Part shown: positions 29,299 to 39,460 of the stretch, piece by piece
Layout: each line of letters starts with the position of its first letter
Numbering within the stretch: the first letter of the stretch is position 1
Assembly: GCA_963769935.1 (NCBI GenBank)
Contig: CAVYNY010000009.1
Coordinates: forward strand, 224,001 to 288,000
Reading direction: 5' to 3'
Origin: an uncultured delta proteobacterium
GTDB taxonomy: Bacteria > Desulfobacterota > Desulfobacteria > Desulfobacterales > JAFDCJ01
Length of the DNA stretch: 64,000 nucleotides
The notes under the pieces: generated by a model
Database searches by the model: none
The model's input: only the letters and a program-made list of their open reading frames with translations
Told to the model about the DNA's origin: nothing
Translations under genes and position numbers: made by a program

Positions 29299-30948
29299 CT
29301 AATCTGTCTTCAGCAAAAAATCAACCGCACATTCCAGCAGCGCCGGTGTTCTCTCGTACAAGTCTGGTTCATAAACCCTTTCGGTAAACTTGTGATGATC
29401 TTTGCCCCAAGGCCCGATGCTGATCACGGGAATCGACAGGGCCTGCATCTCGGAAAACGGGATATCGTAATTTTTTCCCCACAACGGCATGTTGGGTCCG
29501 ATGAAGGGTACGATATTTTCCCCGTTTTGCAGGGCGGCATAACTCAAATCGGTAATCCCCATCATATAATTTGTTATCTTATAGACTTCCTGCCAGCGGT
29601 CGGCGGCAAACCGGATCAAATGTTCCGTCAGGCCCTGAACAGATGCGGGCAGCCCGTTGAAATCATCGTTATGGATCGGCGGGTAATACGGCGGACAAAG
29701 CGCAATGACCACCATGGGCGATAAATCCCTGACATGGCCCAGGGTCATCTCGATGATTTGAAAGGTGGCCTCCGGCATGGTCAGACGCTGCTGCCCGATG
29801 TCGGATACAATTGACGGCAGGAAGGCATCGTAGGCCTCCTGGAAAGTGCGGCCGGCATCATTCAAGGCCTGCTGATACAGTTCGGTAAAAGTCCTGACGT
29901 TCACCGTATAGGAAGGTGCCGGCTCATACTCATCTTTTTTGCGGCTGTAGGCGGCATGGCTTTGCCGAATTCTTTCGATTGCGCGGTCAAATGCCGTTTC
30001 ACATGATGTTTTCAGCTTTTGGATCAGCTCGACCGGCGTGCTTTTCAGATGAATCAGGCTTAAATATGCGCCGGCCGAAGAAGGGATGGAGGCATCATAG
30101 ACTTCTTTGCGATCCCGCAGGTAGGCCCAGGACGGCGGCGGTGCGACCTCCCCCCGCGCCAGGTCGGCAAAGTCGGTGTTCAGCTCGGTTTGCAGAACGA
30201 TCTCGGACAACAGCAGGACCGGATTAAAGCCCTGGTAGATATGGCCGATATGGGTTTTCTTGCCCCGGACATAGACGACGTTAAGAATTTTACCGGCCGA
30301 ACCGACATAGAAGACACCGTGCCTGTCCTGCTCCTGGCCATGGGGTTCGGAATTGATCAGCATCCGGTAGTTCAGCTTGAATCGGGCTTTAAGATCGATC
30401 AACAGCTGCAGGCTGCCGCGCATTCCCTCCGACAAAGATTCTTCATCGGGCACCGAGAGCAGCAAAATGTTGCCTTTGAAATCCGGCCGGGCGGTAAACT
30501 CTTCCAGCAGGACAAGCTGAATGGCAGCTCCGCCTTTCATATCCCCGGCGCCCCGGCCGAAAAGCCACTGCCCGCTTTCCAGGTCCTGCCGCACCTCCTC
30601 GGACAGCGCCATTTCCTGCAGTCTGCTTTGCAGCGCCGGCGGATCGTAGGCCTGCTTCGCAAGACTGCCGTAATCAAAGGCATCCACCACATCGTGATGA
30701 TGCAGCAATATCACGGTCTGATCGCCCTGCCCTTTCACCAGGCCCCAGACAACGCTGCGTTTCAGGGGATCCCGCGCCAATGGATGCCGGCCGAAATAAT
30801 CCGGATGACTTTTAAAATAAGCGAGTTCACCCATCCAGGCCTGCAGGAAATTTTCAACTTCTATTTCCAGGCGGGTGCCGGTATCGCTTTGAATCCGCAC
30901 CAAATCCAATGTCAGCTGTCTTATCCGCTCTTTTCTCATATTTTCCAT
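29299..30948 (-). CDS. M20-family metallohydrolase, RocB-like
   Basis: LLHHHDVVD, FGRGAGDMKGG, VPDEE, INSEP, GKKTHIG, ITDLSY and IGPWGKDHHKFTERV motifs. Confidence 0.88.
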   Translation of the reverse strand: MENMRKERIRQLTLDLVRIQSDTGTRLEIEVENFLQAWMGELAYFKSHPDYFGRHPLARDPLKRSVVWGLVKGQGDQTVILLHHHDVVDAFDYGSLAKQAYDPPALQSRLQEMALSEEVRQDLESGQWLFGRGAGDMKGGAAIQLVLLEEFTARPDFKGNILLLSVPDEESLSEGMRGSLQLLIDLKARFKLNYRMLINSEPHGQEQDRHGVFYVGSAGKILNVVYVRGKKTHIGHIYQGFNPVLLLSEIVLQTELNTDFADLARGEVAPPPSWAYLRDRKEVYDASIPSSAGAYLSLIHLKSTPVELIQKLKTSCETAFDRAIERIRQSHAAYSRKKDEYEPAPSYTVNVRTFTELYQQALNDAGRTFQEAYDAFLPSIVSDIGQQRLTMPEATFQIIEMTLGHVRDLSPMVVIALCPPYYPPIHNDDFNGLPASVQGLTEHLIRFAADRWQEVYKITNYMMGITDLSYAALQNGENIVPFIGPNMPLWGKNYDIPFSEMQALSIPVISIGPWGKDHHKFTERVYEPDLYERTPALLECAVDFLLKTD

Positions 30949-30949
30949 T

Positions 30950-32045
30950 TTAAAACCGGTAAGAAATTCCTGTAACCACCTGCTCACGGCCACCTGCCCC
31001 GCCCTCGGCCATGATCTGCAGGCGTTTGGTTATTTCCCACTGCCCGCCGAAGAGGAAGTTCCAGGGGGAATCATTTTCGATGTCCAACTTAAAAGCCAGT
31101 TCCACCGGGGGCAGCCGGGGGTCGAGCTCCTGCAGACTGATATTATCGGCAACGGTTTGTTTATAATGCATGTACATGGCGCCGATCCAGAAGGCCAACG
31201 AACCTTGGATTCCGGGAGGGTCCACCAACAGGCCCAGACGCGGCGCCACTGTCACGGTATCGATCCGGCTGTCCACAACATTGACTGTTGAGTAAGTGTA
31301 ATTGGTATCCAGAGTGGCGAAAATGTTTTCATAGCCGCCCGCCAGGGTAATCCCTCCGCCAAAGGTGAACCCATTGTAATCGATATTCAAATTGATGGTT
31401 TTATTGGGCTCGAATATCGGAGGAAGCCCCGGCAAACCACCCATGATTTGGTTGACGTCGAGATCGAATTCCGCCTGGCCGGTAAGCGATCCGAAGAGCC
31501 CGTAAAGATTGACAAAGGGCAGCAGCCACATGTCCAGCCGGGCCGTGACGGCCGAATCATGCGAGCGGGCGTCATTAAAGTCAAGGCCCTCCACTTCGAT
31601 ATCCGGGTTTCCGACGCCGACTTTGAGATTTCTGATTCTAATCCCCTGATCCATGTAAGTATAATTGAACCCCATCCCGAAAGGCAGCGGCAGCTCAAAG
31701 CCTCTTTGACGGGCTTGTTCTCCCCAGAGAGGCAGTCTGCGGGTGACCGGTTCAATTGTTTCCGTCCTTATCTTCCGGCTTTCGATCAGCCTCATCCAAA
31801 ACAGGAAACTCGGCCATAGCCAGCAGTGTGCCCGCGGCAGAACGCGTCGAGACCGGAATGGATTTGGTTTCAACGTCAGCGGATTGCGGTTGCGGTTTAT
31901 AAAAAACCTGTTGTTCACCTTTTACGGTACCGGGATCCGCCCAGCCCGGTACTGTCGCCAAACCGATCAGGGCCAGAATATGAAGATAAAAAGCAAAATA
32001 ACAATTGGGATATTTAACCGCGCTTCTGCGACGATTCGGATTCAC
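30950..32045 (-). CDS. Putative outer-membrane beta-barrel protein, split by a +1 insertion near 31768
   Basis: Signal-like N terminus in ORF 31752..32045; LPLWGEQARQRGFELPLPFG...RLDMWLLPFVNLYG and C-terminal YRF in ORF 30950..31918; span is 3n+1. Confidence 0.7.
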
Positions 32046-32300
32046 CGAAGTCTTTCCTTTGGAGACTTTACCCTTATGTTGCAGATTCAGGGTGTATTAA
32101 CAGCATCACTATTGCACACTTTATAGAAAATCGCCGTACCAAATTCAATAGAAAAAACTCTTTCCCGGAGTTTAAGAAGGTCTGGTGCTGAGAGGAAAAA
32201 TGAAAAAATATACCATCCACTCAAGCGGCCGTTCGGGGGGTGACTTTTTGATTCATTCATACATAGAATATTTGAAGGTTTCAATTAAACGAAGAAATTA

Positions 32301-32384
32301 AAATTCTTAAGAGATATCTCCAATTTCCATCCTGTCTATCCGAAAATTTTAAACCTCGGCTCTGCGGCCGTTAAAACAATCCCG
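32301..32384. repeat. 84-bp imperfect direct repeat, left of vapBC
   Basis: Ungapped match to 33306..33389 at 70/84 positions. Confidence 0.85.
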
Positions 32385-32517
32385 GCATTTGATCTCTCAC
32401 AAGACCTTAAACGGATCGCACGCCGGATGTCGCATTTTCCCGATCAGGTTAATTGACATGGCACAGTTTATGTGCTAATTTGAATTCATCAAATTTCAGC
32501 AAACCGGAGGATTCAAC

Positions 32518-32748
32518 ATGGCGAATCTAACACTCAAAATTGACGACAACCTACTGGAAAAAGCCCGCCTGCTCGCATCCCGCAGGAAAACGTCGCTCAA
32601 TGCGATCGTCCGGCGGCAACTCGAGGAATTTGTCTCCAGCGACCTCAGCCGGCAGGCGGCTATCAAGGGCCTTGAAGCCTTTTACAGCCGTTGCGAGGCC
32701 AAAGTAGGCAGCAAAACCTGGACCCGGGACCAAATCCATGAAAGATAA
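32518..32748 (+). CDS. RHH-type antitoxin (VapB-like)
   Basis: MANLTLKIDDNLLEKAR ribbon-helix-helix pattern; RBS GGAGG; overlaps the PIN toxin; upstream TTGACA (32453) with GCACA-N5-TGTGC inverted repeat. Confidence 0.85.
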   Translation: MANLTLKIDDNLLEKARLLASRRKTSLNAIVRRQLEEFVSSDLSRQAAIKGLEAFYSRCEAKVGSKTWTRDQIHER

Positions 32749-33169
32749 ATGTTTCCTGGACACCAACGTCTTCATTTACGCCATCGACACCTCACCTAAT
32801 CTGAATGAGAAGAGACAAATTGCCAGGAATCTCATTAAAGAACACATCAAGAGGGAAACAGGTGTAATCAGTATCCAGGTGCTCCAGGAGTTTTACCAAA
32901 TTTCGACTCACAAGATCCAGGTCCCCTTATCCAGTGAAGAAGCCCTCGAATATCTCCATTACATGGCCGTTTTAGATACGGTTCATCCCGAATTGGAAAT
33001 GATTGTTTCCGGCATTCGCCTCCATCAAAAATACCAGCTCTCTTTTTGGGATGCTCTTATCGTCCAGGCTGCTCTAACAGCCGGATGCTCCTTTCTGCTA
33101 TCCGAAGATCTCCAGCACGGCTTTGCGATAGACCATCTCACTGTGGAAAATCCATTTCTGCAGCGGTAG
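32738..33169 (+). CDS. vapC: PIN-domain toxin (VapC)
   Basis: FLDTNVFIYA, SIQVLQEF, SFWDALIV and LLSED motifs. Confidence 0.93.
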   Translation: MKDKCFLDTNVFIYAIDTSPNLNEKRQIARNLIKEHIKRETGVISIQVLQEFYQISTHKIQVPLSSEEALEYLHYMAVLDTVHPELEMIVSGIRLHQKYQLSFWDALIVQAALTAGCSFLLSEDLQHGFAIDHLTVENPFLQR

Positions 33170-33305
33170 CGTGCACATTCGCTTTTTTAACCCCCGCCAT
33201 GCTGTAGCTTCTCAAGCCGGAATCCAGAGAATTCAAGCGCTTACTGAACATCTACACTCCATGAACATCTTCTGGAGGATGCCTTATCAGACGAAGTCTT
33301 TGATC

Positions 33306-33389
33306 AAATTTCTAAGCGATGTCTCCGATTTCCATCCTGTTTATCCGAAGCTTTTAACCTTCGGTCCTGCGACGGTTAAAACAATCCCG
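33306..33389. repeat. 84-bp imperfect direct repeat, right of vapBC
   Basis: Ungapped match to 32301..32384 at 70/84 positions. Confidence 0.85.
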
Positions 33390-33461
33390 CGGCCCCGCCT
33401 TTCATAACTCCGGCAATATCCTCTTGAATATCGTCAAAAAGCTCATCGTTTTTTCCTCCTT

Positions 33462-34073
33462 TTATTCGCTCTGGAACGCCGTCTTCCATCTCCTCTGCGG
33501 ATTATCGAAACGGATCTGTTTGGGATCAAACTGCTCCATATCAAAACTCCCGCCCGCCCAATCCAGTGTTTCCCGACGGTTTTCATGCCCCGACACCAGG
33601 ATCCTTTCCAGAAATTCCTGATATCCTTCCAGCCCCCCGCAATCTTCCGGCGGACAGGCCCTTTCTCCGTCAACACACAAGGGATAGCGGACTCCCTTTG
33701 CGCGCGAAACTATTCCCTCAAGTTCAAGATTGTGCTCCCAATTATCCCCTAAATCGTAAATATACCGGGCAGTAGTACCGGCGGCCGGAAAATAGTCCGC
33801 AACCTTCTTCTGCCAGCCGGGGTGAACCTCAGGATCTCCCTCGAATTCCTCGCCGGGGACCCCGATCACATCCGTTTCACCCGTGGCAGGGTTTTTGAGC
33901 CTGAATTCGTGAAGGTGGCTGTCACTCCAGCCCATTGAATCCTGAATGGCGACATGCAGGTCCCAAAAGGAGTATGTCTCCGGGACCTGAATCCGCCTCC
34001 AGATAGGCGGCTCGATGCCATCTAAAGCGATTTTAAATTGATACACCCGTTCGTACTTTCGTTTCATCTTCAT
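33462..34073 (-). CDS. Plasmid pRiA4b ORF-3 family protein
   Basis: PPIWRRIQVP, LHVAIQDSMGWSDSHLHEF, YIYDLGDNWEH and GERACPPEDCGG motifs. Confidence 0.92.
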   Translation of the reverse strand: MKMKRKYERVYQFKIALDGIEPPIWRRIQVPETYSFWDLHVAIQDSMGWSDSHLHEFRLKNPATGETDVIGVPGEEFEGDPEVHPGWQKKVADYFPAAGTTARYIYDLGDNWEHNLELEGIVSRAKGVRYPLCVDGERACPPEDCGGLEGYQEFLERILVSGHENRRETLDWAGGSFDMEQFDPKQIRFDNPQRRWKTAFQSE

Positions 34074-34395
34074 ACAGCCGTGAGGGTCCAAAGGATAAAG
34101 ATGCAGTTTCCTTTTGCTATGCTCTATCCAAGCGCGAATTAAAATATCGATGCCAACGCATCTTTTATTGAAAACGGTATCTGAAAATTATGTTTCATGC
34201 AAGCACTCCTTTACCAAGCCGGGTATCTCGATGAAAGGAAATATGATGTCTCAAGATTCGGGCATGTTCGTTGACCATGTCTGATTTATCTAAAGATGCT
34301 CATAAAAATCATGGCGGTGTCGTGTACACTGTTGACATATTATACAGGGTGTCTACAATAACTACATCACCCAAAAAGCTGATGGAGTTAATCAA

Positions 34396-34470
34396 ATGGC
34401 GCAACATGTCGGCGCAAGAGAAGCCAGGAGTAGATTTTCAGAGCTTATCGGAAGCGTCCGCTTCGGTGAG
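34396..34470 (+). pseudogene. 5' stub of a Phd/YefM antitoxin gene
   Basis: TTGACA(34332)-16-TACAAT promoter, GGAG RBS, then MAQHVGAREARSRFSELIGSVRFGE (Phd-like N terminus), which runs into the antisense of cas1. Confidence 0.65.
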
Positions 34471-34581
34471 ATACAAAACTCTGCCATCTTTTTGCATGAC
34501 ACGGCAGTGTTCCAAGTAGTACATATTGGCTCGTTTGGAATGCAGGATTGTTTTTAAGTCCGACGGTGACAGGTCATCCAT
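34438..34581 (-). pseudogene. cas1: 5' stub of type I-F CRISPR-associated cas1
   Basis: MDDLSPSDLKTILHSKRANMYYLEHCRVMQKDGRVLYLTEA is the characteristic Cas1f N terminus; truncated after about 41 codons. Confidence 0.9.
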
Positions 34582-35839
34582 CCGTTCTATCCCTCTCCAG
34601 TTATCATGTCCATAGCCGGAAGCCGGTCTGACTATCAGATTCTTCTGTTTCATTGGTAACTGGGGGCCGATCAAAGTAGATCGCCGCCAACTGTGGCATT
34701 AGCTTATGCAAAAAGATACATTTAAGGGGAAAAGACAGTTTGGTGCATGTTCGGTGGTTGTCTTTTTCTTAAATCGCACTTTTGGGTACCAACATCATTT
34801 TGGGCTCAATAGCCTGGATTTTTTTAGCATACATCCTTAACTATCAGGCATTCATCGTTGCCCGACCCGAGTTCCAATCTGTCGGCCTTGCCCAGTACTT
34901 GAAATAATCAGTCTTGGGATCGTTCACTTTTTGTCACCCTTGACCATCAGATTAGCTACCGGGATAAAATCATCCTGTTTGGAAACAGCAAAATACCAAC
35001 TTCCGTTGCATATTCATTGCAGACTGAATTAGAAATATGAATGTCATCCTTTGAAGCTCCGTACCACTGACAACCAACAACGGATGCTTTAATCGAGCAC
35101 TCCGACTCGATTGAGGATATACCACACACCTTTGACAGATCCGGTCACACCGAACGCAAGTTTTTGAAATTTTTATTTTTGGAGGCCAATATGAAACGAA
35201 CAACAAACCAAATTTATAGGTTAATGCCCTCTCCCCGGAGGTCAAAAACCGAAAAGGCTCGTTGTGTTTTTAATGAGATGAGACGCAGCAGGCTGCGTTT
35301 AATTCAGAATGGATCAATTAGCTTGGCTTAACGGAAAAAACAGCGGCTGTCAAGTTTGATGAACTCCCAAAAAGTCACGATACCGCCTGGATGCCAGCCT
35401 TCGCGGGCAGGACTTAAATTTTAACTATCCGATATTGTAAATCTAATTGTCATTTTCACGGAGATGGGGATCAAAATAAATAAGTCACTGTGATACACAT
35501 GGATTGACGCAGATTCTTGTGAACTTAAACTGAAAATTATTTTTCCTCCTGCCGGATTGTTTGAATAGTGCGGATAGATCGAAGGGTTTTGTCCTTTCAA
35601 TTCGAAACCATGCAATTCGAAGATCAGATTTGAATTTTGCCCGCAGGGCTTGAGTCTTATTATTTGCCGTCCTCTCAACGGCAAATAATAAATAATCGCT
35701 CTCTGCGCCCTTTGCGCCTCTGCGGTGAAAAAATATTACTGCTAATATGTTATCGTAATTAAGAGTACTATGGGTTTGACAAAGACGCATAAAAGTGGTT
35801 AATGTAATACATCAAAATATGCGCGTTGGAGGGCTCATA

Positions 35840-36088
35840 ATGGACACCGAAACTGTTAGACTAAACATTACTTTACCGAAGGGATTAGTCGAGGCAATGA
35901 ACCGGGTGACGGGACCCAGAAAACGCAGCAAGTTCATTGCAGAAGCTGTCAGGCAAAAGATTGTGCAAAAAGAAATGGAAGAGATAGAAAAGCTTTTGGT
36001 AGAAGGTTACCGGGTCGCTGCTAAGGAGGGACTCTCAATAACAAAAGAATTCGAGGGTGCAGATCTGGAGGGTTGGGATGATTATTAA
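35840..36088 (+). CDS. CopG/RHH antitoxin, copy 1
   Basis: VRLNITLP...RSKFIAEAVR RHH pattern, acidic tail, overlaps mazF; RBS GGAGG. Confidence 0.87.
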   Translation: MDTETVRLNITLPKGLVEAMNRVTGPRKRSKFIAEAVRQKIVQKEMEEIEKLLVEGYRVAAKEGLSITKEFEGADLEGWDDY

Positions 36089-36419
36089 AAGAGGCTTTAT
36101 ATGCCTGGCGGCCCTGGATCCGGTCATCGGGAATGAAATTGCAAAAACACGACCTGTTGCTGTTATTTCTAATGATAAAAATAATGAATTTGCCGGAACT
36201 GTAACTGTTTTGCCGATAACTTCCAAAAATCTGCGTAAGATATACCCGTTTGAGGTGTATTTAGCGAAAGGGACCGCAAACCTACCCAAAAATTCCAAAG
36301 TAAAAGCTGACCAGATCCGAACTTTGGATAAAAGCAGACTGGTTAGAGTGATCGGCGAATTGGGAATAACTGAAATTGAGGCAATCGAAAAAGCCCTGAG
36401 AATTCACCTCGAATTATAA
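36078..36419 (+). CDS. mazF: PemK/MazF-family endoribonuclease toxin
   Basis: KRG...LDPVIGNEIAKTRPVAVISN, VLPITS and DQIRTLDKSRL motifs. Confidence 0.94.
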   Translation: MIIKRGFICLAALDPVIGNEIAKTRPVAVISNDKNNEFAGTVTVLPITSKNLRKIYPFEVYLAKGTANLPKNSKVKADQIRTLDKSRLVRVIGELGITEIEAIEKALRIHLEL

Positions 36420-36611
36420 TCTCATTAATCATGCAGAAAAGCTAATATTTTTAAACCCTTAAGAAAAATTTGACCTCAAGACTCCGTATAAAAATGCCGA
36501 TATAACTTATTAATAGATTCAGCCTTGAATAATTGTAAACAAAATGGGATAATTTTCGATGTCCTCCACCCAACTTAATCCAATAATGAAGCAGAGAGGC
36601 CGGCATTCAGA

Positions 36612-38888
36612 ATGCTGTCCGAACACTTAAAAAAATTACTGGCAATTATGCAGTCTCCTTCCGCCTCCAGCCCGGGAATCAACTATTGGCGTGAGCGGAT
36701 CCTTTTCGGACTTTTCGGAACCGGTGTCGTCCTGGCGTTTTTCGAACTATTTGCTTTAGTGCCGCTGGCCGTCAATGGAAAGCATTGGGGATTGCTGATT
36801 GTCGATGTACTGATGTTCTTCGGAACGCTCAGCATGATCTTTATCCGCCCCCTCAACTACCAATTTAGAGCGGTTGCGGCCCTGATGATCACATATGTTC
36901 TGGGAGTTCTCATCACCGCAAAGTTCGGCTTCGTCAGCGGCGGTCCCGCCTGGTTGTTTTCCTTTGCCGTCATCGCCGGGCTGCTTCTCGGATTACGAGC
37001 CGCCATACTCGCCCTGGCCTTAAATGCGTCCACGATGATTGCCGCCGTCCTGATCGTCCACGGTTTAAATGGGGATCTGCTTTCACCATTTACCTCAGGG
37101 CTGCGGGCCTGGGCTGCCTTCGGCAGCTTTATCCTGTTGGATGGCGCTACAGCCGTATCGGCGGCATACCTGGTGACCGGTCTCGAGGCGAGCGCCACGG
37201 AAAACCAGAGAACGGCCTCTGAATTAAAACGGGAACACACGAAACTTTCAGAGGCCCAAAAAAAACTGCAAAAAGAAATTAGCGAACGTATTCGATTCGA
37301 GGAAGACCTCAAAAAAAGCGAGCAAAAGTACCGTTTACTCGCCGAAAAAATTAACGACGTGATCTGGACGACGGATCTGGAGTTAAATTTCCAATATATC
37401 AGCCCCGCCATCAAAAAACTCCAGGGGTGGAATGTCGAGGAGGCGATGAAGCTCGGGATCGATGATCTGTTGCCGCCCGAATCCAGAGAGGCGGCGTTCA
37501 ACGCCGTAGTGGAACAACTGGCACTTGGGGAACAAACCGGTGATTTCAACCGGGGTGTAACCCTGGAGGTGGAATTAAACTGCAAAGACGGCGCGCTCAT
37601 CTGGGCGGAAACCACTGCCTCTTTCATGCTCGATGACGCCGGCCGGCCCTTTGGTGTTTTGGGCGTTAACCGCGATATTACGGAACGAAAAAAAGCCATT
37701 CTCGAAAAAGAACAGCTGCAGCTGCAGCTCGAACGATCCAAGAAAATGGAAGCACTCGGCACGCTGGCCGGCGGGGTGGCCCATGATCTCAACAATGTGC
37801 TGTCCGGAATTGTCGGATATCCGGATCTCTTATTGATGAGCCTGCCCGAAGACAGCCAACTCAGAAAACCGATAGAGATAATGCAGGAGTCGGGGAAAAA
37901 AGCGGCCGCTATTGTCGAGGATTTATTGACGCTGACACGGCGGGGTGTCATTTCTGCGGAGACAGTTAATTTAAACGACATCATCCGGGAGTATTTGACG
38001 AGTCCCGAATTTGAAAAACTAAAATCATTTCATCCGACAATGGATGTCGAACCGCAGCTTGAATCCGGGCTTTCGAACATCAGCGGTTCCGCGCTTCATT
38101 TAACCAAAGCGCTTATGAACCTCGTTTCCAACGCTGCCGAAGCAATGCCGTCCGGTGGAAATATTATCATCAGGACCGAAAATGCCAGGCTGGATCACCC
38201 CATCTCCGGTTATGATCATATTCGAAAAGGCAATTATGCCATTTTAATTGTATCGGACACAGGTATCGGCATCGCTGCAAGTGAGATCAACCGCATATTC
38301 GAGCCGTTTTATACCAAAAAGAAAATGGGTCGAAGCGGCACAGGTTTGGGAATGGCCGTTGTCTGGGGCACTGTTCAAGACCATAAAGGCTACATCCAGG
38401 TCGACAGCACCGAGGGCAAGGGGAGCGTTTTTACGCTCTACTTTCCGATCAGCCGCAAGAGCAAAAAGAGAGAAGAACCGTCGTTTTGCATGGAAGACTA
38501 TGCCGGCTGCGGCCAGTCCATTCTTTTGGTCGACGACGTCATAGAACAAAGAGATATCGGCTCCGAAATGTTAACCCAGCTTGGCTATCAGGTCACAGCA
38601 GTCGGCAGCGGGGAGGAAGCGCTTGAGTATCTGAAATTAAAAACTGTGGATCTGCTGATATTGGATATGATCATGCACCCCGGCATGGACGGACTGGATA
38701 CCTACAAACAGATAAAAGCAATCTCTCCCGGGCAGAAGGCTATCATTTCCAGCGGGTATTCGGAAACCACCAGGGTAAAAGAGGCGCAGAATTTAGGAGT
38801 AGGACAATATATCAAAAAGCCTTATACCCTGGAACAAATCGGCCTGGCGGTAAAGGAGGAACTCGCCGGAATCGGCAGCGCCGGGTAA
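36612..38888 (+). CDS. Membrane hybrid sensor histidine kinase (TMs-PAS-HisKA-HATPase-REC)
   Basis: Several N-terminal TMs, PAS/PAC, GGVAHDLNN H-box, DTGIGI, EPFYTKK and GTGLGM boxes; receiver domain LLVDD...LILDM...KP. Confidence 0.95.
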   Translation: MLSEHLKKLLAIMQSPSASSPGINYWRERILFGLFGTGVVLAFFELFALVPLAVNGKHWGLLIVDVLMFFGTLSMIFIRPLNYQFRAVAALMITYVLGVLITAKFGFVSGGPAWLFSFAVIAGLLLGLRAAILALALNASTMIAAVLIVHGLNGDLLSPFTSGLRAWAAFGSFILLDGATAVSAAYLVTGLEASATENQRTASELKREHTKLSEAQKKLQKEISERIRFEEDLKKSEQKYRLLAEKINDVIWTTDLELNFQYISPAIKKLQGWNVEEAMKLGIDDLLPPESREAAFNAVVEQLALGEQTGDFNRGVTLEVELNCKDGALIWAETTASFMLDDAGRPFGVLGVNRDITERKKAILEKEQLQLQLERSKKMEALGTLAGGVAHDLNNVLSGIVGYPDLLLMSLPEDSQLRKPIEIMQESGKKAAAIVEDLLTLTRRGVISAETVNLNDIIREYLTSPEFEKLKSFHPTMDVEPQLESGLSNISGSALHLTKALMNLVSNAAEAMPSGGNIIIRTENARLDHPISGYDHIRKGNYAILIVSDTGIGIAASEINRIFEPFYTKKKMGRSGTGLGMAVVWGTVQDHKGYIQVDSTEGKGSVFTLYFPISRKSKKREEPSFCMEDYAGCGQSILLVDDVIEQRDIGSEMLTQLGYQVTAVGSGEEALEYLKLKTVDLLILDMIMHPGMDGLDTYKQIKAISPGQKAIISSGYSETTRVKEAQNLGVGQYIKKPYTLEQIGLAVKEELAGIGSAG

Positions 38889-39096
38889 CGAATCACAGCA
38901 ACATTTCCCCCAAATATATTCCAACACCCCCGGCAAAAGAAATCGCGGCTGAAAGCCGCTCCCACAGCCCCTATATAGTCGGCGTATGTGAACAAACCTG
39001 GATGCTTTTAATTTTAATTAATTCCGGAGTGTTTGACAAAAGCGCATAAAAGTGTTTAATTTAATACATCAAACTATGCGCATTGGAGGGCCTATA

Positions 39097-39345
39097 ATGG
39101 ACTCAGAAACCGTAAGACTCAATATTACGCTGCCGAAAGAATTGGTCGAGGCTATAAACCGGATGACGGAACATAGAAAACGCAGCCTGTTCATTGCGGA
39201 AGCCGTCAGGCAGAAGATTGTACAAAAAGAAAAAGAAGAGATGGAAAAGCTTTTGGCAGAGGGTTACCAGGCCAATGATAGAGAAAGCCTCACTTTGACA
39301 AGAGAATTCGAGAGTGCTGATTTGGAGGGCTGGGATGATTATTAA
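39097..39345 (+). CDS. CopG/RHH antitoxin, copy 2
   Basis: Close paralog of 35840..36088 with the same promoter region. Confidence 0.87.
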   Translation: MDSETVRLNITLPKELVEAINRMTEHRKRSLFIAEAVRQKIVQKEKEEMEKLLAEGYQANDRESLTLTREFESADLEGWDDY

Positions 39346-39460
39346 AAGAGGCTTTATATATCTTGCGGCTCTGGGCCCAGTCATCGGAAATGAAATTGCA
39401 AAAACACGACCGGTTGCTGTAATTTCTAATGATAAAAGTAATGAATTTTCGGAACTGTAA
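39335..39460 (+). pseudogene. mazF: Truncated mazF (41 codons)
   Basis: MIIKRGFIYLAALGPVIGNEIAKTRPVAVISNDKSNEFSEL*; homology with copy 1 ends exactly at the next ATG. Confidence 0.9.

Noticed and set aside
32301..33389. Integron attC sites
   Set aside because: The hairpin is too short, the RYYYAAC/GTTRRRY boxes are imperfect and no integrase is nearby; kept only as an unexplained repeat.
34100..35800. CRISPR array near the cas1 stub
   Set aside because: No regularly spaced 28-37-bp repeats were seen here or elsewhere in the window.
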